Position numbers and translations under genes: made by a program
The notes under the pieces: model-generated
What the model was told of the DNA's origin: nothing
The model's database searches: none
Seen by the model: only the letters and a program-made list of their open reading frames with translations
Shown: one piece after another, positions 9,557-19,642 of the stretch
How positions within the stretch are numbered: position 1 is the stretch's first letter
How the letters are laid out: every line of letters begins with the position of its first letter
Assembly: GCA_964514565.1 (NCBI GenBank)
Contig: CAZERA010000004.1
Coordinates: 1 to 64,000, forward strand
From: an uncultured Candidatus Peribacteria bacterium
Lineage (GTDB): Bacteria; Patescibacteriota; Gracilibacteria; RBG-16-42-10
Direction of reading: 5' to 3'
Length of the DNA: 64,000 nucleotides

Positions 9557-9922
9557 CTAGACGAAAAAGAGGTTTTCAATGGTGTTGAGGATTCCCAGCA
9601 AAATTGCAGCGATTAAATAAGTCCATAAGTCAGGAATTATCAATTCAGGAACCAGCCAAGTCACTAGCATCAAAATAATAATATTGATCACAATCAAAAA
9701 TAATCCGCCAGTAATTAGGATCAAAGGCAGGGAGAGAAGCTTGAGCAAAGGTTTAATAATACTATTAAGAATGCCCAAAATAAGACCGGCCAATAAAATT
9801 ACTCGTATTTCCCCACGCAAATCGAGAGCAGTAGCAAAGTGGATACTAGGGAGCAAAATAGTAATTAGACCTAACACCAAACTATTGAGTAACCAATTCC
9901 ACACCAAGCGAGCAATAAGCAT
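9557..9922 (-). CDS. YvlD/DUF360 (holin superfamily IV-like) membrane protein
   Basis: LGILNSIIKPLLKLLSLPLILIT.GLF..VIN signature. Confidence 0.85.
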   Translation of the reverse strand: MLIARLVWNWLLNSLVLGLITILLPSIHFATALDLRGEIRVILLAGLILGILNSIIKPLLKLLSLPLILITGGLFLIVINIIILMLVTWLVPELIIPDLWTYLIAAILLGILNTIENLFFV

Positions 9923-9927
9923 AGAGT

Positions 9928-10980
9928 TTAACGTAATAATGATCGGTCTTCGGTGGATACCAAGACATCGCGCAGTGTATCAATATTTTCTAATACTTGA
10001 CCAGTACCCCGCACCACTGCTGATAAAGGATCATCAGCAATGTATACCGGCATGTGAGCATGGGCAGAAATCAATTGATCGAGACCTCTCAGCAATGCTC
10101 CACCACCTGCCAAGATGATGCCTCGTTCCATAATATCTGATACTAGCTCAGGTGGAGTTTGTTCGACGGTGAGACGCACTGTTTCTGCAATAATCATAGC
10201 TGACTTCATTAGCGCCTCTCTAATCATGCGCTCATCAAACTGAATTTCTTTTGGTAATCCTGTCACCAAGTCACGACCTCGAGCATTGAATACTCCCCTT
10301 TCTCGTGTCTCATAGACATTACCCATTTCCCATTTGATTTTTTCTGCTGTACGTAAACCTAGTAGTAGATTGAAGTTGTCTTTGGCATATTGCACGATAT
10401 CTTCGTTGAGTTTGTCACCAGCGATACGGAGAGACTTGCTAGTGATAATGCCGCCTAAGGAAATGACCGCTACTTCGGTAGTACCTCCCCCGATATCCAC
10501 AATCATGCTACCTGTGGCCTCTTGTACTGGCAGATTGGCCCCAATCGCTGCCGCCATCGGTTCTTCGATCAAATAACTCTGTCGAGCTCCAGCATTGCGC
10601 GCAGCATCTTCTACTGCCTTTTTTTCTACTTCTGTCACACCTGAAGGAATACCTACTACTACGCGAGGACGAGGAAAAAGAGTGAATGATTCTTTATGCA
10701 CTTTATCGATGAAATAGCGCAACATCTGCTCAGTAATCTCGAAATCAGACACTACCCCATCTACCAAAGGGCGAATTGCCACTATGTGTGATGGGGTACG
10801 GCCCACCATTTGGCGAGCTGCTTCACCAATCGCCAAGATCTGTTTCGTTTTGTCATTGATCGCCACCACGGATGGTTCATTGATGACGATTCCTTTATTA
10901 CGCACAAAAACCAGCGTATTCGCAGTTCCTAGGTCAATTCCAATATCATGTGAGAATGCACCAAATAAATTTCCAAACAT
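9928..10980 (-). CDS. mreB: Rod shape-determining protein MreB
   Basis: GIDLGTANT, EPSVVA, EEPMAAAIGA, DIGGGTTE, AGGGALL. Confidence 0.97.
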   Translation of the reverse strand: MFGNLFGAFSHDIGIDLGTANTLVFVRNKGIVINEPSVVAINDKTKQILAIGEAARQMVGRTPSHIVAIRPLVDGVVSDFEITEQMLRYFIDKVHKESFTLFPRPRVVVGIPSGVTEVEKKAVEDAARNAGARQSYLIEEPMAAAIGANLPVQEATGSMIVDIGGGTTEVAVISLGGIITSKSLRIAGDKLNEDIVQYAKDNFNLLLGLRTAEKIKWEMGNVYETRERGVFNARGRDLVTGLPKEIQFDERMIREALMKSAMIIAETVRLTVEQTPPELVSDIMERGIILAGGGALLRGLDQLISAHAHMPVYIADDPLSAVVRGTGQVLENIDTLRDVLVSTEDRSLLR

Positions 10981-10982
10981 GC

Positions 10983-12425
10983 TTAGTAAGATTTAGCAAA
11001 ATACCATTTGTGTTTTGCAGGCTTGCCTGTGTAGAAGCAAGTACCGCTTTCTGTCTCTTTGACTTTTTCTTCAAAGCTAATCAACCGTGTGGTCGCCTTT
11101 GTTTTTTCTTGGATTTCTTTTTCGACAGCTCCATCTTCACAGAAATAAGCTAAAGCATAACCGCCTTTTTCAATTACAGCTAAGAATTCTTCATAGTTCT
11201 TTACTTCAGTGACTGATTGGCTAAGTCTATCTGCTGAGCCTTGATAGATAGCGTTAGTGATCTGGTCCAGTAAAGCCGGAATAGCTGTGCCACAGTCACT
11301 AATACTCATAGTAGACTTTTCTTTTGTGTCACGTCGGGCGATGCCCACTTTTTGTTCAGCAAGTTCTTGTTTTCCAAATTCAATTCTAACAGGAACACCT
11401 TTCAACTCCCATTCATTGCGTTTGAAGCCAAGGCTTTGTTCTGTTCGGTTGTCGATATGGACACGAACATGTTTAGGTAATGATGCTTTGATTTGATCAC
11501 AGATAGCATAAAGCTCTGGTAGAACTGCTTCATCGTTGCCGATTGGAATAATCACCACTTGGATAGGGGCTACTGGTGGAGGCAATACTAGTCCGTCATC
11601 ATCACCATGGGCCACGATCAAAGCACCAATCATGCGAGTAGAGACACCCCAGCTGGTTTGCCATGGGAATTTTTTCTCGCCATCTTTGTCTGAAAATTGG
11701 ATATTGAAAGCGTGAGCAAAGTTTTGGCCTAGATTGTGTGATGTACCAAACTGAATTGATTTGCCGTCTTTGGCTAGGCTTTCGATACAAGTAGTATAGA
11801 GCGCTCCTTTGAATTTTTCTTTGTCAGATTTGTAGCCGGTCAGTACTTTGAGTGCCAAGGTTTTTTCAGCAAAGTCACGATACATGCTGAGTGCTCTCAG
11901 GGTTTCTGCATCTGCTTCAGACTCAGTTGCATGCACAGTGTGGCCTTCTTGCCAAAGGAACTCAGTGGTACGCAGAAATGGCCTGGTGCGCATTTCCCAG
12001 CGGACAACATTGGCCCATTGATTAATCAATAGTGGTAAATCGCGGTAGCTTTGGATCCACTTGGAATAGGTATCATAGATAATGGTTTCTGATGTAGGTC
12101 GTACTACCAGGGCTTCTTCTAGTTTTTTACCACCAGCATGAGTCACTACTGCTACTTCAGGGGCAAAGCCTTCTACATGTTCTTTCTCTTTTTTAAGAAA
12201 ACTTTCAGGAATGAATAAAGGGAAATAGGCATTTTGGACACCAGCTGCTTTGATTCTTTGATCGAGGTCAGCCTGCATCAGTTCCCAAATACGATAGCCA
12301 TATGGCTTAATGATCATACAACCTTTGACAGCTGAATAATCAGCTAATTCAGCGGCGTCGACTAGGTCGAGATACCACTGTGAAAAATCTTCTTTTTGGC
12401 TAGTGAGAGCTTTTTTCTTGTTCAT
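10983..12425 (-). CDS. proS: Proline--tRNA ligase (Thermus/archaeal-eukaryotic type)
   Basis: DFSQWY, RPTSET, QWANVVRWE, EFLWQEGHT, SWGVSTR, C-terminal AKSY. Confidence 0.96.
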   Translation of the reverse strand: MNKKKALTSQKEDFSQWYLDLVDAAELADYSAVKGCMIIKPYGYRIWELMQADLDQRIKAAGVQNAYFPLFIPESFLKKEKEHVEGFAPEVAVVTHAGGKKLEEALVVRPTSETIIYDTYSKWIQSYRDLPLLINQWANVVRWEMRTRPFLRTTEFLWQEGHTVHATESEADAETLRALSMYRDFAEKTLALKVLTGYKSDKEKFKGALYTTCIESLAKDGKSIQFGTSHNLGQNFAHAFNIQFSDKDGEKKFPWQTSWGVSTRMIGALIVAHGDDDGLVLPPPVAPIQVVIIPIGNDEAVLPELYAICDQIKASLPKHVRVHIDNRTEQSLGFKRNEWELKGVPVRIEFGKQELAEQKVGIARRDTKEKSTMSISDCGTAIPALLDQITNAIYQGSADRLSQSVTEVKNYEEFLAVIEKGGYALAYFCEDGAVEKEIQEKTKATTRLISFEEKVKETESGTCFYTGKPAKHKWYFAKSY

Positions 12426-12430
12426 AACAT

Positions 12431-13432
12431 TTAAGGGGAAGTAGTGAGTGGAGTAGCTGTATCTAAAAAGAACTGATGGATAATTTCTTCCAGGGTAGGC
12501 TCATGGATAGTGAAGCGTTCAACTTGCGTTTGATTGAGTATTTGAGCTGCTACAGAAGCAACCGCATTGTAAGGTACGATCAGATCAATCACAAGATTGG
12601 GATGCATTATCTTTTGCACATCTGCTGGTAATGGCGGCAAGTCTGCTCCTGGAGCCAGAGTGAGGCTAATTCGTTTTTCTTTACTGTACTTGGTGTGCAG
12701 GGTGGTAATTGCATCATCAAAAACAATGCGACTCTTTTGCATAATCAGTGCTCTTTGGCACAGGTTAGCAATGTCCTGCATATTGTGAGAAGTCAGGATA
12801 ATAGTGCTACCTGTAGTGGCATGGTATTCCAATAAAAACTGTCGAATAGTTTGTTGAGAGATGATATCGAGACCAATAGTTGGTTCATCTAAAAGTAGCA
12901 ATTGGGGATGATGCATGATTGCTGCTAAGAATTCACAGCGCATCCGTTGTCCAAGAGAAAGTTTACGCACTGGCTGACGTAGCAAATCCGTAATGTCGAG
13001 TAGCTTAGCGTATCGTTTTAACCTCAGTTTGTATTCAGCTAAAGGAATTTCATAAATTGTTTGAAAGAATTGCAGACTATCTAGGGTAGGTAAATCCCAC
13101 CAAAGCTGACTACGTTGGCCCATTACTAAACTCATTTGTTTCAGAAATGCCTTTTTCCGTTGGCCTGGTACAAAGTCTCCTACAGTTAGCTGGCCGCTAC
13201 TAGGCAATAAAACACCACTGATAATCTTCATCAATGTAGTTTTTCCTGAACCATTGGGACCGAGCAAGGCGATCATACTACCTCCAGGAATAGTGAAATT
13301 GATTTCGCTCAGTGCTTTCTTTTCTGTTTTCTGACGATAAAAAAGCGATTGCATACTCCCCCAGAGGCCAGGGTTTTTGTGAAAGGTAGGAAAGCTTTTA
13401 GATAAATTTTGAGCAACAATGTTCACAGCCAA
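12431..13432 (-). CDS. ABC transporter ATP-binding protein (partner of the two ABC-2 permeases)
   Basis: GPNGSGKTT, GQRSQLWWDLP, LSLGQRMR, LDEPTIGLD. Confidence 0.92.
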   Translation of the reverse strand: MAVNIVAQNLSKSFPTFHKNPGLWGSMQSLFYRQKTEKKALSEINFTIPGGSMIALLGPNGSGKTTLMKIISGVLLPSSGQLTVGDFVPGQRKKAFLKQMSLVMGQRSQLWWDLPTLDSLQFFQTIYEIPLAEYKLRLKRYAKLLDITDLLRQPVRKLSLGQRMRCEFLAAIMHHPQLLLLDEPTIGLDIISQQTIRQFLLEYHATTGSTIILTSHNMQDIANLCQRALIMQKSRIVFDDAITTLHTKYSKEKRISLTLAPGADLPPLPADVQKIMHPNLVIDLIVPYNAVASVAAQILNQTQVERFTIHEPTLEEIIHQFFLDTATPLTTSP

Positions 13433-13455
13433 GCTTAATGCCCAGCTAGTCTAAC

Positions 13456-16203
13456 TCAACTACGAGAATTGACAATCACTTTGGCTGCTTCAGCGCGAGT
13501 GAGTGTGTTGCTCGGATAAAACAACCCCTGGAAACCCTGAATCCATTGATGCTGATAAGCAGTGTTGATCGACGGTGACCAGCTAGATACTGGTACATCG
13601 CTAAAATAATTTGTGTTTGAAGCAATGGTTGGTGTTTGGCGAATACTGATCAACCACACCATTGCCTGAGCTCTGCTGATAGGTTGATTAGGACTAAAGC
13701 TAGTATTTTCGTATTTGAGTAATCCATAATAGTAAGCGCAGCGTAGTTCTTGATTGAGGCTGCTGGTTTCGATACCAGGTAATGGACTGGTTGTTTGAGT
13801 ACAACTGTTGGTCACTAAGCCAGCATCACGCAATGCTATTTTAAGAAATTCCCCTTTGCTAACTGTATTGTTGGGGAAATAAAAACCATTGATGCCTTGA
13901 ATGCTGCCTTTACTATGCAGGTCATTGATTTGGTTGTAAGCAAAGTGATTTGGAAGAATGTCGTAAAAGTCAGCGGTAGGATTTACAGTTGCAGAAACTG
14001 TTTCGCTCACTCTGCGTCTTTTGGTCCTACTACTAGAGCTACTAGCACTTTCTGTCGTTGGGGTACTGGTTACTATAATAGTGGGTTCTGGTGTCGGTGT
14101 ACTGGTGGCGGTATTGGATGGCTCCGGTGTAGGCGTACTGGAAACAGTTGGACTAGCTGAGGGCTCTGGAGTGGCAGATTGTGTTGGTATTGGGGACGGT
14201 GTAGGCGTAGCAGTTTGTTCGGGCTCGGGTAGATTGCGAATTACTATTAGGGTGGTACTCGTCACTAGTCGATGGCCAAAGGTATAACCATCCACATTGA
14301 AGATATTGCTACCCAAGTTTAGCGGTTGATTACTAATCCAGTTGGTTTGACCAGGGGAAAAGGTATTTACCGGAGTACTATTGACCTCCACTGATTGGAT
14401 CGGTCCACTGACTGTGCCACCTAGTCCTATTTGATCGGCAGTGGTGACAAAATGACTATCACTTGTGGGAGTAGTTATTGCTACCGAAAGTGGTGCTTGG
14501 GTTATGACCAGATTTATTTCTTGCTCTACTTGATGGTTGGGATCATTTACAACCAAATGAATTGCATAGTTCCCTGCTACTACTTGGGTGTGGATTGGGG
14601 ATGATGTGAACGTGTGATTGTCTAAAGTAGTGAAGGCAATTGTGTTTAGCCCCAGGGTGGTAGCGCTAGCAGCAACTGTTATTTCGTCACTTTCTGAATC
14701 ATTGGTAGTCACCGTAAGGATTGTATTGTCTTGATCATCATTACTGATGCTCGTTTTGCTGAGATTTGCACTAATAATTTGAGGGGGCAGATTGGTTGGT
14801 GGCGTGATGACAGGAATATTGAGTGCCACTTGGAGATCGATCAGTCCATAACCGTACTGAGTATCTTTACCTGGTGCACCTAAATCTCTGGCGGTATTTT
14901 CTAGTTGAGTTTGAATCAGTGCAGGTGGCCAATTGGCATTCTGCTGATGCAGTAGTACTGCCGCGCCGCTGACTAGTGGGGCAGAGAAACTGGTACCGGA
15001 GACAATAATGTAGCCATCTGGTGCTACCGAACCGTCATTCAACACAGTATTAGTATTCTCCTGACTAGTATTGGCTCGAGTTCCGAGCATGAATTGTCCT
15101 GGCGCTACTACGGATAGTTTGTTGCCAGTGTTGGAGAAAGAAGCTTTTGTTCCACTACTATCGATACTACCGACTGCGATCACGCCATTGATATTGGCAG
15201 GAGCGAAGTCGTTGTCTTCAATACTTTGATTACTGTTTCCGGCCGCAGCTACCAGTACTACGCCAGCTTGGATAGCGTCATTGCAGGCAGTAATCAGTGG
15301 GGTGGTTGAGGCATTTGGACCACCAAAGCTCATATTGATTACATTGGCTCCGTGGGAGACAGCATAGTTGATTGCTTTGATGACATTGGCTGTACTGCCA
15401 TTTCCTACGTTATCTAGTACTTTGAGGGGCATGATTTTGGTATGTGGTGCTACACCGACAACACCATGCGTGTCGTCTACTGCACCAATGAATCCGGCAG
15501 CCAAAGTACCGTGACCAAGATCATCGCCAAATTGGTTGGTGTTGTTGATGAAGTTCCAACCATGCACATCATCTACTAAGTTATTAGAATCGTTATCGAT
15601 ACCATCAATGCTGGGATCTTGGGGATTGGTCCACAGGTTGGTTAGTAAATCAGGATGATTGCTATTTAGTCCACTGTCGATTACCGCTACGATTGTCCCC
15701 TCCCCGCGTAAGGATGTTTGATCGAATACTGGTTGCCAGTTGATATCTACACCAGCTGTACCAGGCAGCGATACAGTGCTGGAGTGATGATAACTCTGAG
15801 CAGTATTATGCAAGTACCATTGTTCGCTAGCATAATAAGTATCGGTGGGCATGCCGGTGGCACGCATGATGTAGTTTGGTTCTACTGTTAGATTAGGATC
15901 CTGTGCAGCAATCACTCCTGCTAGGTCCAGTGAAGTAGCAAAACGTACTCGGAATTGTTCATCACTAGTTGGTAAGCGTTCCACTGCTGTTAGGTTGTAG
16001 TCAGCTTTCAGACTTTTTAGAGTGTTTTTTAAGGTGTCTGCATTGCTATTGGCGACACTCAAAAGGAGCTCTTGCTCAACATGGTCTTGCTGTAAGAGCT
16101 CTTGTGCCTGGGCTAATCTCGTTTTGTATTGGTCAGCTCCTGTGCTTACTATGCCTTGCAAACAGAGTAAAGCAATCACTAGACCTCCTACCCACTTGTA
16201 CAT
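13456..16203 (-). CDS. Secreted S8 subtilase with Ig-like region, PT-rich linker and C-terminal SLH domains
   Basis: Triad motifs VAVIDSG, HGTLAAG, SGTSFSAP; SLH-like FYP...LTRAEAA; start placed at MYKWVGG signal peptide (ORF track starts 16272). Confidence 0.88.
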   Translation of the reverse strand: MYKWVGGLVIALLCLQGIVSTGADQYKTRLAQAQELLQQDHVEQELLLSVANSNADTLKNTLKSLKADYNLTAVERLPTSDEQFRVRFATSLDLAGVIAAQDPNLTVEPNYIMRATGMPTDTYYASEQWYLHNTAQSYHHSSTVSLPGTAGVDINWQPVFDQTSLRGEGTIVAVIDSGLNSNHPDLLTNLWTNPQDPSIDGIDNDSNNLVDDVHGWNFINNTNQFGDDLGHGTLAAGFIGAVDDTHGVVGVAPHTKIMPLKVLDNVGNGSTANVIKAINYAVSHGANVINMSFGGPNASTTPLITACNDAIQAGVVLVAAAGNSNQSIEDNDFAPANINGVIAVGSIDSSGTKASFSNTGNKLSVVAPGQFMLGTRANTSQENTNTVLNDGSVAPDGYIIVSGTSFSAPLVSGAAVLLHQQNANWPPALIQTQLENTARDLGAPGKDTQYGYGLIDLQVALNIPVITPPTNLPPQIISANLSKTSISNDDQDNTILTVTTNDSESDEITVAASATTLGLNTIAFTTLDNHTFTSSPIHTQVVAGNYAIHLVVNDPNHQVEQEINLVITQAPLSVAITTPTSDSHFVTTADQIGLGGTVSGPIQSVEVNSTPVNTFSPGQTNWISNQPLNLGSNIFNVDGYTFGHRLVTSTTLIVIRNLPEPEQTATPTPSPIPTQSATPEPSASPTVSSTPTPEPSNTATSTPTPEPTIIVTSTPTTESASSSSSRTKRRRVSETVSATVNPTADFYDILPNHFAYNQINDLHSKGSIQGINGFYFPNNTVSKGEFLKIALRDAGLVTNSCTQTTSPLPGIETSSLNQELRCAYYYGLLKYENTSFSPNQPISRAQAMVWLISIRQTPTIASNTNYFSDVPVSSWSPSINTAYQHQWIQGFQGLFYPSNTLTRAEAAKVIVNSRS

Positions 16204-16237
16204 GTATTTTTGTTTTGTGTTCCAGCAATTATACCAT

Positions 16238-17011
16238 TTAGCTACTAGCGCTACTATAGGATTTGAGGCCAAATAAAAAGAATAGTCGGGAAACTACTAG
16301 ACTGATCACTGTTATGATGGCTAAATATACGATGCTGTGCCAGTCTTTGGTAAAGATAAACTGCACAGGCAAGAGCACAGCTGCAAAAATTGGGAGTACG
16401 TAATAAAAGAGCACTTTGATCACACCTTCATAGACAATCGGTGGGACTTGCATGAAGCCAGTCATACTATGAAAAATATTGGCCCAATGTTCTACTCCCA
16501 CAAACCAAAAGAGAATGGTCATGAGCCAAAGCCACACGCTATAGAATATCGCTACTCCTAGGCCGATGCTGAGGATATACACTAGTAAGGTTGGGATATC
16601 GCCAATAAAAGCTGATTGGTAGTTTAAGCTGCCGATTAGCACAATTGGAGCCGCAATTGTCAGTAAGTTTGGCAGTGAGATTGCTTGGAGTGAAAGAGTA
16701 AGCTGAATATCTAGCGGTTTGGTGATCAATGTATCCAGTGAGCCACTTTTGATATGTTCATGCCAGGTGCCAAAACTATTGCCAAATAACGCCACGGTAA
16801 TAGTCTCTATCAATTGGAAAGTAGCGAGGAAAAACAAGGTTTGGCTATAGCCCCATTCCTTGACGTGCAGGAGCGTCTGATACATAATAGTAAACCACAG
16901 TATTGTGATGATCAGGAACCCAATTCTGGACAAAATCGTAGTCCAGAAATTAGTTCGATACATAATATCTCTGGTCAGGCTGAGTTTTAATAAAGCTAAT
17001 AACTTTCGCAT
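16238..17011 (-). CDS. ABC-2 type permease (DUF990-like)
   Basis: YRTNF, W....., IKSGSLD.LITKP, PP.VY; six TM segments; alternative start at 17023. Confidence 0.85.
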   Translation of the reverse strand: MRKLLALLKLSLTRDIMYRTNFWTTILSRIGFLIITILWFTIMYQTLLHVKEWGYSQTLFFLATFQLIETITVALFGNSFGTWHEHIKSGSLDTLITKPLDIQLTLSLQAISLPNLLTIAAPIVLIGSLNYQSAFIGDIPTLLVYILSIGLGVAIFYSVWLWLMTILFWFVGVEHWANIFHSMTGFMQVPPIVYEGVIKVLFYYVLPIFAAVLLPVQFIFTKDWHSIVYLAIITVISLVVSRLFFLFGLKSYSSASS

Positions 17012-17016
17012 TTTGT

Positions 17017-18858
17017 ATGGCAAGCAAACCAGATACTAGTACCAATGGGAATGGACGTCGAACTTTGACTGAAAAATTAATAAACCCTAATGCGGGAGAT
17101 GGTGGTAGAGCAGCCATCCCTGGACTAACCCCTTATATTCCAGATCATGAACTAGGCATATTTGAACGTGAGCTTACTGCTCACTCACGTGCAGCTTTCA
17201 AAGAAATTTTGGGGACTGTTGGTGGTGAAGGTGTTGAAGCATTGTTAGCTTCTGAGGTTGCTAACAATAGGGGAATATTGATGACGCAACTAGGCATTGA
17301 ATATGCTGCTTTGTTACCAGGATTGAATGTGTCACTGGAAAAGATTAGGAAAACCTATACCGATGTTATGGGAAGACTTTGTGATGAATATAGCACTCTC
17401 ATTAGCTCTCCTGATTGTCCAATTCCAATGAAATTACCACCTGAGATCGTGGCTTTAATCAAATCTGGCGAGATCTGGGCTACAGAAGATTTTCAAGCTT
17501 ATATTAATCGTGATCCCAAAGATTTTGTGCAAAAAGTCTTTAAGTTAGAAGATCCTTCAGCTTTACAAGCTGAATACACTGTCAATCAGTTTATCAAACT
17601 AGCTATTCGCCAGTTTCAAAAGATTTTTGTAAAAGCCAACGTGAAACTACTGGACGCTTTAGATATGCGCCAGACATATCTTGTTCCTCGTAAGAAGAAA
17701 GTAGACAGCGCTCAAGAGAGTGGCTTACCATCTGGAGCCGATATTGTAGAAGAGACTGATGATCAGATGAGTGACCGCATTGATAGACATCAACGTGAGG
17801 CCGTACTTTTTATCGAAGAGATTCATAAAGCCGCGCTCGCCTACCAAAGTAGAGCCGTTAATGCTTGGCAAAACAGCGATCATTTAACTCGAGGGCCATG
17901 TCCCGCTATTTTATCAGCAACAATGCCAAGAGAATTGGTATTTAAACGTTTTTCAGATTTAGCTGAGTTGGTTTTTTATCCTAACCAGTACGCTATTGGT
18001 GCCCAGAGGCGTTTTGTGGGACAACAAATTATGTTTTTGACTTTAATGTATGATTATGTGCATCGTTTCCCAGCTTTTAATATGGCGATTGAAGCTGCCA
18101 GACAACTGCATGATGAGCTGAACTTTTCGCTTGAAGGTCGTGATGCTAAACCGGTGGAAGGAATTTACATGGATGTGCAAGGGAATAAGAGTCTAGAGCA
18201 CAATGATCAATATTGTGCACTTTATGATGGTATCAAAGCGCTCCGCTTAAAGCCCAAATTAATTCCTCAATTTGAAAGAGAAGGGAAAGTTCTCTTTCCT
18301 CAAGGTCAATCAGTGATTGTAGATAGCCGCTGTAAATCAGCTGCATCTACTGTTTTAAAATTACTCAATAAAGGGGAAATCTCAAAAGTAACAGATCTAG
18401 TGGGGATTGATTTCATCATTGATGATAGAGAGATGGATCAAAATGCCTTGAAGCAGACCATCTTAGATCTCAAGGAATATATTAAGCAGTTGTGGGGTGT
18501 GAATGAATTTGCTGAGGATTATACTGGTATTACTAGCCCTGAATCTGTGGTGGTGGATAATGTTTCATCATCAACAAAATTTGTGAATGAGAAGGTGATT
18601 CTTTACCGTTTAGTTAATAAAGTGCGTGTGCCAGTTGAGGTGCAGTTCAAAACCTTGAGGATGAAGCTTGATGCAGAGCGAAAAGAAGGTGAAGCTTCAC
18701 ACAATAATTACAAGGTTCGTCAGGCAGTCAATCTGAAAGCCTTCGAAGATCTATTTCCTACTACTATTTTTGGAGATTTTGCTTCTATTGCAGCTAAAGT
18801 GGAACGTGGAGTCCAGCAACAATTAGTACAAGATGAACGCGTAGAGGCTACAGTCTAA
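17017..18858 (+). CDS. Large protein with C-terminal divergent RelA/SpoT-type nucleotidyltransferase domain
   Basis: SRCKSAASTVLK, TDLVGIDF, VEVQFKT, SHNNYK appear in the order and spacing of RSH synthetase motifs. Confidence 0.65.
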   Translation: MASKPDTSTNGNGRRTLTEKLINPNAGDGGRAAIPGLTPYIPDHELGIFERELTAHSRAAFKEILGTVGGEGVEALLASEVANNRGILMTQLGIEYAALLPGLNVSLEKIRKTYTDVMGRLCDEYSTLISSPDCPIPMKLPPEIVALIKSGEIWATEDFQAYINRDPKDFVQKVFKLEDPSALQAEYTVNQFIKLAIRQFQKIFVKANVKLLDALDMRQTYLVPRKKKVDSAQESGLPSGADIVEETDDQMSDRIDRHQREAVLFIEEIHKAALAYQSRAVNAWQNSDHLTRGPCPAILSATMPRELVFKRFSDLAELVFYPNQYAIGAQRRFVGQQIMFLTLMYDYVHRFPAFNMAIEAARQLHDELNFSLEGRDAKPVEGIYMDVQGNKSLEHNDQYCALYDGIKALRLKPKLIPQFEREGKVLFPQGQSVIVDSRCKSAASTVLKLLNKGEISKVTDLVGIDFIIDDREMDQNALKQTILDLKEYIKQLWGVNEFAEDYTGITSPESVVVDNVSSSTKFVNEKVILYRLVNKVRVPVEVQFKTLRMKLDAERKEGEASHNNYKVRQAVNLKAFEDLFPTTIFGDFASIAAKVERGVQQQLVQDERVEATV

Positions 18859-19640
18859 CCTCCAATCGCTTCATAATGCTTAATCCCCTTTTTCCACAGC
18901 AAAATTCCTAGTCCGATTAATCCAATAGTCCAAATGGTCAGTAGTAGCACCCAGTTCCAATACAGGCCGCTGCTACTTTGGCCTGTCAGTATTTCTGCTG
19001 GAAGCCCCATACTAGGATAAAAGGGCAGGACATTCATAATCTTCTGAATCCAGACCGGCATCAGTTGATAAGGAAAGAGAATACCTGCTGCCATGAAAAC
19101 CAAGATTTCTTTGTAGTAATAAAAAGCAGATGCTTCGGTTAGCCAAAAAGCTAATGTACCTAAGCAAAGCGAGAGCAAGCTACTAATGATATGGCCTAGC
19201 GCAACTAATGGAATAATACTCCATGACCAATGCCACGCCATGTCTGGCAGAAGGAAATGAGCAATAGTTAAGTAGATCACTATGCCGATAATAGTTTCTA
19301 ATATGTGCCATAGGCTGCTCGAGAGCAGCACATGAATAGGATAGGCAAATGGCCTCACTAAGAATGAAGATAGTTTACCACTTTTGATTGTGCCATTGAT
19401 CTCATACTCTGGGGCCACCAGTACAAACTCTCTAATCATACTGACTGCTATCAAGTAGCTAATCATTTGAGGGAACGCCATCCCCTGTACAAGAGTTCTA
19501 TCGCTGTAGATTGCTACCCAAAAACAATAGAGTACTACAAAACCAAGCAAATGAATGAGGAGCCAAAACAAGATATTGCCCCGATAAGCAAAATTGACCC
19601 CCATTTGAATCCGGATGATGCTCCAGAGTTTTGACCACAT
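18855..19640 (-). CDS. ABC-2 type permease (DUF990-like)
   Basis: YRGN, MISY, IKSGKLS.FLVRP, LAFW, LPF, YEAIGG C-terminus. Confidence 0.87.
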   Translation of the reverse strand: MWSKLWSIIRIQMGVNFAYRGNILFWLLIHLLGFVVLYCFWVAIYSDRTLVQGMAFPQMISYLIAVSMIREFVLVAPEYEINGTIKSGKLSSFLVRPFAYPIHVLLSSSLWHILETIIGIVIYLTIAHFLLPDMAWHWSWSIIPLVALGHIISSLLSLCLGTLAFWLTEASAFYYYKEILVFMAAGILFPYQLMPVWIQKIMNVLPFYPSMGLPAEILTGQSSSGLYWNWVLLLTIWTIGLIGLGILLWKKGIKHYEAIGG

Positions 19641-19642
19641 AG

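Noticed and set aside
9557..9922. Holin-like gene as evidence of a prophage
   Set aside because: YvlD/DUF360 family gene inside a housekeeping run; no phage genes nearby
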